64,000 bases of DNA from Neophaeotheca triangularis (lineage: Eukaryota): the NCBI GenBank assembly GCA_054600435.1, contig BAAIJX010000003.1:372001-436000 (forward strand). The letters are read 5' to 3'. Shown here in pieces: positions 34,924-47,253 of the stretch; position 1 is the stretch's first letter; the number at the start of each line of letters is the position of its first letter. Made by a program: the position numbers and the translations under genes. The notes beneath the pieces were generated by a model that saw only the letters and a list, made by a program, of their open reading frames with translations, did not search any database and was not told the origin of the DNA.

Positions 34924-35798
34924 TTAGCCAGAGCAAGCGCCGACCTTCTGGGGTTCACAACCGCCCTCACAGCCGTTGTACATTTGGCAAGGGGTACTGG
35001 CGTCTGTGCAGACGTTCCTGAGGGTGGCAGTGTCCCCGAAGTTGGCGTTGATGCCGGCAAGCTCTCCTCCATTGCGAGCCGTCACTCCTTCGATGTACAC
35101 CTGGTACCAATCAGCTAGCTGTTTTGCATTGGTGAAACGATCAGACTTACGTTGCGCTTGCACTGGGTGCCGCAGTTTCCGCAAGAGCGGTAAAGTTTGC
35201 CATAGTCCTCGACGTAGAAGTTGATGATGTTCTGGCGCGATGGGTTAGCAGGAGAACAGGTAGGTGGGTTAGAGAGGATGGTCACGACTTACCACAGTGC
35301 CGCAGCCATTGTGCTGGACGACTTTGTCATCAGCGTTGTAAGCACCGCCGCCAATGATCCAGGTCTCGTCGCCAGGGTTGTCGTTTTTGACCGAGATGGC
35401 GTCCTCGCAAACACTGGACACAAGCGTCAGCTTCACAGCTCACGAAAAGTCAAGGATGACAAGACACACTTCTCAAACCACACATTCTCAAGCGTGCAAG
35501 GGCCGGTACAGTGAACGCCTTCAGCTTGGTCGGCGCCAATGATAACGTTGCGAAGAGTCGCGCCGTTCTGGAGGTAGAAGACGGCGTCTCCCCAGTCGCC
35601 TTCGGTCTGGCCTTGACAAGCGCCGGGGCCACGGTCGAACCGCTGCCAGCCGCCGTCGTAGACTTCACCGTTGACGATGATGACTTCGGGGTTCGAGACG
35701 CTGCCGGTGGGGTCGGGGACGCCTCCCTCGTAGGCCTCGCAAGCGAAGGCGACAGGGAGGATGGCGGCGAGGCCGACGAGGGCTTTGGCGGAGTACAT
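34924..35798 (-). CDS. secreted pectate lyase, polysaccharide lyase family 3
   Basis: Signal peptide [19 protein letters not shown]; introns 35469-35414, 35292-35232, 35150-35101. PL3 motifs [54 protein letters not shown]. Confidence 0.92.
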
Positions 35799-37371
35799 GT
35801 CGAATATCTGTCGATTTGTTGTACGAAGAGTGCTGCAAGAATAGTGAGAAGATGGACAAAATGCGACGATGAAAGTATCTGTCCCGCAGAAAGGTTTGTC
35901 AAGATAACAAGGCACAAGTGTTTCCGGCAGGCCACAGCAGCACTCTTAAATACCCTCTTGTCCATCCCGTTCAGCCTTACAGAGAGTAACAAGTCAAACA
36001 CTCATCTCACCACCATCGACGCCTTCTCGCAGCCCGTCCCGAGCCATAACAGCCAGAAGCGCGCCGAGCCAGCGAAGCCTCCAACCGGCTCGAATAGAAG
36101 CCTGCAAACCCCGGCGCCAAGTAGCCTCACGTCGCGCTGAAACATGACGCAGGGGGCCACAGACGGATTGAAAGTGCAGACTTGCAGCGCGTGGTCCTCC
36201 GTCTGGGGTTGCATTGGGGTGCAGTGCAGGAATAAATTAGAGCCAAGCCCAAATCCCCTCATTCCATTAGATTGGGGTGTGCTTGTCAGGTGGACATTTG
36301 CATCTTGCTTTGGGTCAAGAACTTTTTTTTTTGTTTGCGTGCCAAACTTTCGAGGTACTTGTCTTGTGTCAAGGGAGAATTACTGCTCCGCGAATGCTTG
36401 CGCGAGGTTCGCGGTTCTTAGTGCAGAGGTGTGGCAGATTTTCCGGGGTTTTGATTGCTAGGCGCTTGCAGATCGCTGTGAGTTTGCACTTTGGGAGCCA
36501 CTTTATCAAAGGGATTGTCTTGATGTGGTACATGCCCCGGAGCGCTAATGGTGATGATTGTTTGCCCCTGCTTCTACGACTCTATGCGAGGTTCTGTGCG
36601 GTGGCAGTGTCGTGACCTACTTCCTATAGCGACGGGCGTCGATCGTCCCCGAGTTTATAAGATGGAAGTTTGACTTGCTCGCCGCTTGATCAACAGACTC
36701 ACGTGGTTGGATTTACTTAATACATTATCCAAGCGAGGCCGGAAATGGTTGGGAGCGTGTCTTCGCTGCGGGCTAAGCTACCTCTAGAGTTAGATGCTCA
36801 CGCCGTTATTCCCCTCCTATATGAACTACACTCCAAAAGATGGCAATGCTGATCACAACCTCGGGACGTATACGAGCACTGAATGACGTTTTTGTTGTCA
36901 CCGGCCGCCTACAACACCAGTCGTCCGAAGAGCAGTTGTAAGAGCAGGTCCGCGATCGGCCGCGGTATACTGCAGTTCAGAGCGTGCACACTCAAAGGTT
37001 GTTGAAGGATATCGACTGCTTGATTCCGCGAATCAACAGTCATTAGAAGCAATGCTGTGTTGCTAGCTTCGCTCTGTTCTCCATCCAGATTTCGTGACCA
37101 TCCGGACTAGCATATATAGTCAGGACCGGATGGACCGTCACAGTGGCAGTTTACTATCGGAGCAGCCAACTCGACTAGGGTCCGCGATTATATTGTACGG
37201 CCCTGTGACTTACCAGCCTTGTATCTTGGTGATAATTTCTCGCTGAGATGGAGTGAACAGGCCGGTAGACGGCGCGAGGGCAAGACTATCGCTTTCGACG
37301 GGAGGAAACCCCGATGGAGAACCTAAGAAAAATTGGCTACCCAACTAAATGCAGCCCTCGTTACCCCATCC

Positions 37372-37661
37372 TTAATCTGCCTTCGCGGCCTTGGGTGGAA
37401 ACTTTTTCCCGTCAACCTCGACCTTGGGGTCGCATTGGCATCGTTCGGTCTCGGCTACGGGGTCCATCACCATGGGGATGTGCTGGCACGTAGTGTTAGC
37501 GACCCATTGCTACGGGTGGCGGTGGATAGGCAGCGATCTATACGTTTCCGCATCCCCACCAAGACTGCTTGCCTAGAAGGATATTGTTAGCAGTAGAGAG
37601 GAGTAAGTTGGCAATGATCTCGCGACGAACCACACTCGCTGCACGTTGCCTTTTTGCACAT
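37372..37661 (-). CDS. 56-aa Cys/His-rich microprotein (putative metal-binding), 3 exons, not in the ORF track
   Basis: Exons 37661-37631, 37572-37544, 37482-37372. Introns GTTCGT...GCTAAC...TAG (58 nt) and GTATAG...GCTAAC...CAG (61 nt). Product MCKKATCSECGKQSWWGCGNHIPMVMDPVAETERCQCDPKVEVDGKKFPPKAAKAD*. Confidence 0.85.
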
Positions 37662-37973
37662 CTTATCAGGCTGGTGCTACTGTTTGAGATGTCTCTTGGT
37701 CGATGTGATGCTTGAGATGGTACCGAAGATAGTAGGTGGACTTTGCGACGTTGTGTTCGGCAGAGGGGAAGAAAGGAGGGAGATGAAGTTGGCCAGCAAT
37801 AGGGTTTTATCTATGGTAGAACCTAGACGTTCCGTGGCGCTGCCCCCACTTCAAAACGCCGAAGACGCCGACATGGTTCAAGAACGCCGAAGGAATACTA
37901 CTACATACTGTGCTGTCTCTCATCCCAGCTGCTCTTCTTACAGTGCGCAACTCGAATTGGTTTCCAACGCAAC

Positions 37974-39695
37974 ATGGGCCCCTCGTCTGCGTCTCGGCCC
38001 TCGTCTCTCGCGTGTCGCGAATGCCGGCGAAAGCATCTGAAGTGCGATGCTCAGGACCCGGTATGCGGAAGATGTATCACCAACGGCCTCACTTGCACCT
38101 ACATTGGCTCTCGCCGGGGCATGCATAAAAAAAGGAGCAGCCGGAATCCTCAAACCAGACTTGCCAATACGCCTCCATCCTCGTCCAACGCTACCAGCTT
38201 TGACGCTGGCAGCCTTGACGAGTTCCCAATTCCCTATGAGAGGCCCTTGTTGAACGAGAATTCGCGACATCAAAGCTCCCCTGGCGTGGGTGAGCCGAGA
38301 AATCTGTCTTCGGGGTGGTATCCTGACGCCCAGACCCACGAACGCCTCCTCGGTATCTTCTATACAAATTTCTACGATGCTCACCCATTCCTTGTGCCGC
38401 GAGCTTTCTATGCCATGCAGCAGTATCCTGAATACCTGGGTCTCCTCGTCTGCTTCATAGGGCAACAACACTGTGAATGCATAATAGAGAAAAATGTCTT
38501 GCTGGATGCAGTCTCTCATGCTATGGCGGAGCCAGACGAGATGACGGTAGCCAGAGTTCAAGCGTTGGTACTCTATGCGATCACTTTATATGCTCGCAAC
38601 CAGTTGAAAGAGGCAGAGTTTTGCATCTCCCGAGCCGCGAAGCTTGCGTTCAACCTTGGATTGAATGATCCTGCTTTTGCTGCCAGTAATTCGACATCTT
38701 TTGTGCAGGAAGAGAGTTACCGACGTTCCTGGTGGGAACTGTACACAGTCGATCTTTACCTTGCCGCGATACTGCGTCGCTCCACTTTCAAGACCAACAC
38801 GGTCCAGTCGCTATTCCTTTTGCCTTGCCAACAGTCAATGTTTGAGCTGGGCGCTCGCGTTGAGAAGTCACCGACTTTACAATCATTCGATGACAGAGTA
38901 TTCATGGCAGACTCGCAATACCACTTTTCGTCCTACTGCTACCGCATCGACGCGGTACGTATAATCGGCCGGATCATCTCACTTTCAACCGTTCACGATG
39001 CCCATCCTGATAGCATTCAAGCCGTGGACAACGCACTCGTTGGCTGGGAATACAACCTACCGCCTGCTAAAGCGAGCCTAGTCGGTCCCTCGGGCGAAGT
39101 CGACCAAATGCTCTTCCAAGCCCGCTGCTTCATCTCTTGCGCAAACATCTTCCTGCACTTTCCACGCAGCGATCTACCGGAAACGGTCCCTCCCTCTCTC
39201 AAAGATCTTGCTTGCGTGAAAGGCTATACACAGCTGGCGCCTACATCGCGGCACCACGGTATCAAAGCCATCAATGCCTCCAAAACTTTATCAGACCTCG
39301 CTACCTTGCCATGGCCACTAGAACGCCACTCGCCGCTCCTCATATGCGGCCTAGTGCTGGGCTGTATTATCCAACTGGCCGCCGGTACCACACATTCGAG
39401 TCAGTGTGGGCTGGATTGTCTACAGCAACACCGTGACAGGGTCGTTCTAATGCTTGGTGCTCTGCAACGGCTCGGCGAGAGGTGGGCTTTGGCGCAACAT
39501 GCTCTTGGATACCTCAGAAGCATAGCAGGGACCGTATTTTCGGTTCGCGATGTAGGTGTCGTTGCGGCAGCTGGGAGCGCGTCTGACTATGACAGCGCGA
39601 ATGGTGTTCAGGACAACCTGACCAATATGCCATGGCTTGATCTGCTAGCTATGGAGGACTTTCAGGGCAATCTTTTTGGCGCTGGCCCGTTATGA
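37974..39695 (+). CDS. Zn(II)2Cys6 transcription factor, 573 aa
   Basis: Single ORF; ACRECRRKHLKCDAQDPVCGRC...C; middle homology region FYDAHPFL...LGLN...EESYRRSWWELYTVD. Confidence 0.9.
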   Translation: MGPSSASRPSSLACRECRRKHLKCDAQDPVCGRCITNGLTCTYIGSRRGMHKKRSSRNPQTRLANTPPSSSNATSFDAGSLDEFPIPYERPLLNENSRHQSSPGVGEPRNLSSGWYPDAQTHERLLGIFYTNFYDAHPFLVPRAFYAMQQYPEYLGLLVCFIGQQHCECIIEKNVLLDAVSHAMAEPDEMTVARVQALVLYAITLYARNQLKEAEFCISRAAKLAFNLGLNDPAFAASNSTSFVQEESYRRSWWELYTVDLYLAAILRRSTFKTNTVQSLFLLPCQQSMFELGARVEKSPTLQSFDDRVFMADSQYHFSSYCYRIDAVRIIGRIISLSTVHDAHPDSIQAVDNALVGWEYNLPPAKASLVGPSGEVDQMLFQARCFISCANIFLHFPRSDLPETVPPSLKDLACVKGYTQLAPTSRHHGIKAINASKTLSDLATLPWPLERHSPLLICGLVLGCIIQLAAGTTHSSQCGLDCLQQHRDRVVLMLGALQRLGERWALAQHALGYLRSIAGTVFSVRDVGVVAAAGSASDYDSANGVQDNLTNMPWLDLLAMEDFQGNLFGAGPL

Positions 39696-39845
39696 GCTTT
39701 GTCGTAAACGATCACGTCTTCTTGCTCAATGCTCATGAAGCTCACTGCAAAGTCTTTTGATAGTATCTTGGAGCTAGGAAATAGCGAATATCGTGTTAAC
39801 CATCTGAACTTCGGTCAAACAGCAAGTCCCTACCAATTAGCGATC

Positions 39846-40656
39846 CTATTCTACTTCTTTGCCGACTTTCCACCAGCAATTTGCATCTGTCGCAGATGAT
39901 TAGTCACAAAAACCCCAGAAAAGCCAGATCAAGGCTGCGGCTTACTGTGATGGATATCATGGGCCTCCAGCTCCTTCCGCTCCTCCGCCTTCTGACGATG
40001 ATCGACGCCAAAGATTTCGTTCCGATTTGCCATGGCACGATCAAGGTTAATCTGCTCTGAAGCAGTAGCAGAGCCCATAAGCATCGGACCACCAAGGGGG
40101 TACTGATGCCCGGCATCGACTTGCCAAAAATGCCATGTCTTGCCGTACAAGTGGATAATCTCCTTCATGGCTTCGAGCTCCGCTTTCTCCCACTCTTCGT
40201 CTGAGTAACCGGGAAGTTTGGGCAGGATCAGCATGCCGGACTTGACCTCGTACTCGTGCGAGTGCCAGAGCTTCTGCTCTCCGGGCTCGAAGGAGTCATA
40301 GACGTGCTTGGGGACCATATACTCGACACCGATGAGTTTGGCATCTTCCGAGTGCGAGTCGTAGATGAGGCATTGGCGGAGGTCTGCAAAGAGTTAGCGC
40401 TCCGCGTCGAAGATCGGCGGCTATTCGGGGCAGACGAAGAGGCCATATTCTGACCTTTGCGAACGTGCGCGCAGTAATGCGTCGCTTCCACGTAGCGGGT
40501 TCTACCCTCCTCTGCTTCGCCAGTATATATGTGGACAGCGGTGAGGAATTCGTGGATGCTTTTGAAGGGCTTGAACTCCTAGGCGCTGATGTTTAGCAAG
40601 GTTCAGAAGCTTCCTTCCTGAACACATTTTCTCGGAATTCTTACTGGGTTGGCCAT
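39846..40656 (-). CDS. DUF1264 / oil-body-associated protein (OBAP)-like
   Basis: Exons 40656-40645 (MANP micro-exon), 40578-40455, 40383-39946, 39886-39846. Motifs VEATHYCAH, DLRQCLIYDS, LIGVEYM, WHSHEYEVKSGML, YGKTWHFWQVD, PLGGPMLMGS. Confidence 0.87.
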
Positions 40657-41169
40657 GTTGTCGAAAATCTAGCTTTTGCCAGTCCTCTGATCACAGCAGA
40701 ATGGTTTGTACGTCACGGACAGGTCCCAGTATATAGATTATTGCGGTTTCTTATATGTCTAGCAGAGCCGCTTGCCGCCTCCTCTCCCTACCACATAGCC
40801 GTCGTTCCTAGTCTTGCGTCAGTAAAACGCCACTGACCCGTTCGCCGAACACCTAGAGCCCGAGACCGCCGGGGATCGAGACGAACAATACCAAGAGTCC
40901 GTCAAGGCAGGAGGTAGCTTACAACTTCGACAGACGAGACGCCGTTCATGAAAAAGCGATCGGTGAATCGGCAGCATGCGACCCACATCGATCAACTAAT
41001 CGACAAACTGCACCAGCCGAAGAGTGAAATCAAGGACGTTTGCGTTGTTGCGAACCGAACCAATGATGGAAAAAATTTCGATAGTTCTCGAGTAATCGTG
41101 TACACATCATAAGACAGGCATACATGTTCTATCACGCTACCAGACCTAGTCCCCCGTCCCGACCTAGCT

Positions 41170-44100
41170 TCACGAAGCCACCGAAGACTGTCTAGAGATG
41201 ATGTCCAAAAACACATCCTCCAACGTCGCCTGACTGACAGTATAATACGCAATGCTCAGCCTCTCCTTCTGGCTCTCCAGCGCATCAAGCAAACCCACAA
41301 GTCGAGCGCTCGAACTCCGCGATCTCTCCTCGTCATCCTTGACGACCGCGCTCTTCTCGCTCCCCACTTCCCCCAACCCCTCAGCCGAAGTCTGAAACCT
41401 CAATTGCCCCTGGCTAGTCGGGAAGAGCTCATCATGGATCACGGCGCCGGGAAAAGTCGCGCGAACCCAGCCCTTGACGCGATCCATCTCCGCAGCGGTC
41501 GTGGAAGCTCCGGTCGCCAGCGCGATGTGGACGTGGTAAAAGCCATGGCCGTGCTTGCGGATGACGTCGCTCGTGCCGTCGACGACCAGCAATCTCCTAT
41601 CCACAATCGCCGTGCGGTGTGACAGCGACGAGGCTTCTTCCATCGAGTGCGTGGTGATGACGATTGCGCGACCCGCGCTGATGGCGCGGATGGCTTTCCA
41701 CATGACGCGCATGGCCACGGCGTCCATGCCCGTGCTCGGCTCGTCGAGGAGCAGGACGGCCGGGTTGCCGATGATGGCGGTGGCGAGACTGAGCTTGCGT
41801 TGGTTGCCGCCGGAGAGCTTGCCAGCCATGCGGTCGCGGTAGCTGGAGAGGCCGACCGCTTCCATGACTTTGGCGACGTTGTTGGTGATGTCCGGGACGC
41901 CGCGGACGCGCGCGTAGAAGCTTAGGTGCTCGGTCACGGTCATGTAGTCCATGGTATTGAATTGCGGGCATACGCCTAGGAGGCGGCGGGCGCCTAGGCG
42001 GTCTTTGTTGACGGAGGTGCCGGAGATGAGGACGTCCGAGGCGCGGGAGGAGGGTTTGATGTCGCCGCGGATGAGCGACAGCGTGGTCGTCTTGCCGGCA
42101 CCGTTGGGGCCGAGTAGAGCCATGACCTCGCCTCCTTCCACGCCGAAGGTTACGTCTCGAACGACTTTGTTGCGACCGAAGTGTTTGAACATGTGCAGCA
42201 CTTTGAGTTTGTCATTTGAGTCTTCCGTGCGAACGACCTCGGCGGCGACGTCTTCTGGCATTCCTTTGCCTTCTTCTTCTTCATTTTCTGTGGTGGGGCG
42301 CTTGCGATGCCAGAGGTTAGGCCAGTAAGTCCTGCGACCGCCATCGTACCAGACCAGGAAGCTGTAAAAGAACACGATTTGCAGCACCAGGTAAAGGATT
42401 GGGGAGCCATAAGCATCGATGGCGCCCGGATAGGACAGGAAAGCCTCGCCTCGACAGAGGACCTGAGACTGATTCAGCGCGAGCAGGAGAGCGCGTAGCA
42501 AGTTACCAGAGGGCGTAAAGATGCCATAGGCGTACTGTAGAGTGTTGAGGTTGTACTGCAAATTCTCGGCGTCGGCGAACGTCAACAGGACAAGGTAGAG
42601 CAAGAAGTAGATGAGCAAAAAGATGGCTTGTCCGCCAGCTACAAAAGCAAAAGCAGCTAGCTGGCTCGTGCAGAAGAGAGAGACGATGTATGCCAGAAAG
42701 ATGGACGCCACGCCGAAGAGGAAGAAGATGATCCCTAGGTAACTTGGCGCAAACCACACATCCGCTATAGAAGTGAAGATGGAGATTGTGACGACGGCGA
42801 TTACGGCCACGAAGAGAGTGTCGAATAAGCCATAAGCGAGCCACAAAGGCGCAGGCCGCAGTCCATTGCTGTAGTGAAGCGACCTGATGTTGCTGAGTCT
42901 TTCGAAGGTAGGGTAGAGCGCGAAAAAGGCGGAGGCGCAACACATGGCAAATCCAATGTAAAGGACCAGCTGCAAGCTGTCGCCAGTACTACCAATAAAG
43001 GGCAGTGCGAAGGTGCTGAAGTCGGCGTTGATGGTGATGTCCATGAGATACGAATCTGCGACATTTTTGGCGAGGGCAGAATAGCCTAAATTGCCGTTGA
43101 TACGATAGGCCATTAATGGCGCAGTAGCCGCTTCAACAGCCTCACCGCCATAATCGAGCCAGAAGCCCCCTGGAACAACGTCTCGGAAGTTGTCGGCGAT
43201 GTACCTATTGAAGTCCTGGTAAGTATCCTGCACTATTAGTCGATCGCTGAAAGGTTGATAGGCTGGAGGTAAAGATGAGAGTTGGAACTGCTGTGGCGGT
43301 CCAACGGGGACCTCAATGCCCCAGTATACCTCCAGACCGCCCAGATTCAGGACCCTAGGGTTGTTTGCCAGCTCTCCACGGGTGCAGAGAAGTCTATCAA
43401 AGCCATCTAGAAAATAGAACGTAGTCATGCCCGCCGTTACTATTGGGATGATCAAGACACCTAGATAGGGGAGCCAATTGCGACTGAAAATCAGAAGACG
43501 TTTTCTGAATAAGATCCAAGTCTGGCGGAAAAAGCCGGTCCCCACGCCAGGAACAAGATCCAAAGTCGCCTTCTCTGGTTCAACAGTCGTGCCATAGGAT
43601 TTTGCTGGCCCATGTACTAGAGTCTGCCCAGGCGGCGCACCATTCTCGAGCTCAGACAGTTCCTCGGCAAACTCTTCCGACACCTTGATGAAAACGCCTT
43701 CGATGGTAGGGCCGTTGACTTGTACGTCATCGACACCATGTGCTTGTAGGGCCTTTGCGACCTGAGTAGCGTCAGAAGAGCTGGTAGAAGCAATTGCGAG
43801 GTGGCGACTCTCATCTCTATAAGGACGATGCGGACCCAGCTCAAAAGTTGCTGCTTTCTCGTCGGCGGTGACAATGCGGTAGCCACCTCCAAAACGCTGT
43901 TTAAGCTCCGGCGCAGTCCCCTCGACGATCAAACGACCTTTGGACATGATGTTGATCTGGTCGGCCAGGGCATCCGCCTCATCGAGTGCGTGCGTCGTCA
44001 GGAGCATCGACCTGCTGCCCCTTTCGGACAGAAGGATGTTCCAGATCTTGCGCCGCGATAGAGGGTCCAGACCACTGGAGACTTCGTCGATACAAACCAT

Positions 44101-46010
44101 GCTCGAGCCTTCGACAAAAGCCATTGCTAGCTGCAACTTGCGTTTCTGCCCGCCTGAAAGAGTCTTGCTCTTCGCTTTCAGCTTCTCTTCCAGGTCGCAT
44201 GCCACAGCGAGTTCCTTGTGCTTCAATTCCGAAGCCGACTTTCCTTTAGCTTTCAGCGAAGAAAATATATGGATGTGGTCCAGCACGCTAAGTTCGTTCC
44301 ACAGGACATTGGACTGAGGGCAATAACCCAAGCCGGAGGCGTGATCGCGCTCAATCTGACCTTCTGTAACGGCCTGTGTGCCTGCAATTGTAGATAAAGT
44401 AGTGCTCTTCCCGCTCCCGTTCGCACCCAGGAGGGCGACTATATGGCCCTTGCCGCAAGTTAATGAAAGGTCGTTGACGGCTCTGACAGTCGATCGTCTC
44501 ATGCGAAATAGCCTTCGCCACCAAGAAGGCCGGAAAGTCTTGGAGACACCCGATATGCGCAAGCCGAGGCTCTCATCTCCTGGCGCCAGGTTGGTTCTAT
44601 GCCGTGAAGCCGTGCCGTAGAGCGTCCATTGAACAGCAGCCGCAAGAAGGGGGTAGACCACGATCTGCACTGCCATAAAAACGAAGAAGAGGTAACCAGG
44701 GATCTGAATACCCAGAAACGGTGGGATTTGGTAGAGGTTTGCGGCTCGAAGCTGCACTTCCCAGGTGGCCAACTGGATCATAAAAGCCGTGTATGCAAAA
44801 GGAGGAAATAGGCAGCTCAGTACTCCCATGGATATCGCTGTCCGAGGCACGAACTGCGCTATAACTGCGAGTATCAGCGCGAGCAGCATTGCAGTAGTGC
44901 CTGAGAGCTGGCTCTTGCGGAAGAAACTGCCGAGAAATATTGCGTAGCCGGTCAACGACAGCCCGAGTAGTATGTGGAAGGGTATGACGATGCTAGCGGC
45001 TGTCGATCGAAATATCAAAGCCCAGACTATGACTCCCATTCCTATCCATCCTGGCAGGTACACAGTGACGAAGGAAAGGTAGACCGAGACTAGTCTGACG
45101 ATCATGGCGTAGCTCTGGCTCCGCGCGAACATCATGGAATCGATGAGATTGGACATGCCGAGCTCACGCTCGGAACTCATGTGGCCGGGAAGGTGGTAAG
45201 CCACTCCGCAGATTCCAATGAACAAGGTGACAGCCAAATAACTCGCCAAAGCTCTCATGAAAAATTCCTAGAAATGAAAAAGTCAACTTTTACCATTGAG
45301 GGCGGTAATATAAGCCCACGGTCACCAACCTGTACATCATTCGATCTTTCTTGCAGCGTTTCGTACGTAAAGGGGTATTCCGCAAAGTTTTCAGGGCGTG
45401 GGAAGGCAACGCCTTCAATCTCTGCTATCCCGGCGTCAATAGCATGGATGAAGGGCAGAACGAAGACTTGGGCATCGTTGTCATCTCGGTTGACGTACGG
45501 GCTGAGTCCTAGTCCAAAGTCACTTCTCGCCGTGTAGCTCCAAACACCAGCAGGGCCTTCGGTGGGCGAACCGCGGAAAGTGACTGCGCCATAGCAGCTC
45601 GACAGCCCCGTCAAGCTACTCGGGCAGACATCGAAAAGGTCGTCCTCTCCGTCAAGGATGCGCACTTCAGCTCCAGCAGCTTCTAGCCGGTCCGTAAGGC
45701 CGTTGATGAGCTGTTCGATTGGCCCACCGGTGAAGCCGTTGTTCACAAAGACAACTCGATTTCTCCCACCTAGAGAGGTAGATGAGTTGAAGACTTGGGT
45801 GGTGAGATCTCTGATGGGGTTTGGCGACGAGGCGATTCCGTACTCGGATGGTGGGAGGAAGAAGTTCCTGCAATAGGCAATAAAAAACATGTAAGCAATG
45901 GGCAAGGCCACGGCTCGTAGAAAAGTCGAAAGCCATTGGTGGCGAAGGACGATGGACAGGTCCTTTCGTGTCAGAGTCCAAGTCTGTCGAGCCAGACGAA
46001 ATACGCCCAT
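41170..46010 (-). CDS. full-size ABC transporter, subfamily A (TMD-NBD-TMD-NBD)
   Basis: Exons 46010-45330 and 45267-41170. ABCA-type start RQTWTLTRKD; NBD1 LLGANGSGKST, LSGGQKRKL, DEVSSGLDP; NBD2 LLGPNGAGKTT, LSGGNQRKL, LLDEPSTGMD, TTHSMEEA; C-terminal TLEDVFL. Confidence 0.94.
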
Positions 46011-46170
46011 GCTTATGGGCCGGTTGATCTGAGACGGTTGCCACTATGGGCTCCCTCTGCGAGCGAGCTGATGATGTGGCGGCAGTCCAGTCCAAGATGC
46101 AATCAATGGTCCTAGCTGGTGCGCTGGTGTCGTTGATATAACAAAGCCGGTGAAGATCAAGGCAAGGGCA

Positions 46171-46196
46171 GTGCAGGTGCAGGTGCAGGTGCAGGT
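46171..46196. repeat. (GTGCAG)n hexamer repeat
   Basis: Upstream of the ABCA start; read directly. Confidence 0.8.
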
Positions 46197-46835
46197 GGTG
46201 TTGATGATGATGGTGGTGGCATGCTGACAGCATCAATCAACCAACCCAAACCATCTTGATGCATCAACAGAGGACGCGCGTGGTTACGACTGTCAATGTC
46301 ATCAACGGTCAAAGGAACATGTCTGGCAAGAAGAATCTTGGCGCGCGTAATGGATGAGAAGAAGTCTTGGTATGGTGTAGCTTACTGGACCTACCTAGGT
46401 ATGAGGTACAGTATGCCTGAGGTATTCTGCAGAGGGACGAGGGGGACGGGACGGGTTGTAAAGCTGCAGGTGGCTGTGCCTGTCTGTGCCTTTGCTCTCA
46501 TCGTAGGAGGTAGCGATGGATAGCAAGCTTACCTAGGTAGGTAGTAATGTTGATAGTCCATCATCTACCTTACTGCCTTACCGTCGTGCATGTCACGTCT
46601 CACATGTACCTACGTGTACTTGCGGGGCGGAGACGGGTCTCGGTCGTCAAAACCCGCCTGTCTTGGCCTCGAGTACCTCCTACCTACTAGTAGTGTAGCT
46701 GTAGTACCTTGTTGTTGCCTCAGGATGCCAAATCTCAACAAGATGCAAAGTTGAGATGATTAATAGGCAGGGTGGGCATGAAGAACGACGAAGAAGAAGA
46801 AGACCAAGAGATGATGTCGCGCTCTCAAGCAATTG

Positions 46836-46871
46836 AATCTTGCTAATCTTGCCAATCTTGCTAATCTTGCC
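46836..46871. repeat. 9-mer tandem repeat (AATCTTGCY) x4
   Basis: In the ABCA/lipase divergent intergenic region. Confidence 0.85.
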
Positions 46872-47253
46872 AGTCATCCATCTATTTCCATCAAATCTTC
46901 CCAGATTGCCGCCGCCACGCGAGAAGCCGGCAGCACTGCCAAGCACAGCCCGTAAGGACCTCGAATGTCAATAATAATGCCCTAGGTACCCCTCACCATC
47001 CGAAAAGTCTTGCACTCGCCCAACGAGGAAGGTGAGTTGACTGCGTGTCATTATTTTGAACATGGCTCCACGCAAGTCAAATATCCTAATGCCTTGGAAG
47101 AAAGTAAGTCAAGTTACGCCCTTGTGCCCCCCCTCCACCAGAGACTATTATATTATACATATACATATACTGCTCTTCTAGAAAACTTCAAGTCGTCTTT
47201 CTTTCAATTACTCCAACTCTTTCTCGACCCTATCCTTCACTTTACTTGCAATC

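Noticed and set aside
37098..37133. Imperfect inverted repeat CCATCCGG...CCGGATGG
   Set aside because: Single short stem; no second copy or target-site duplication to support a MITE or RNA gene.
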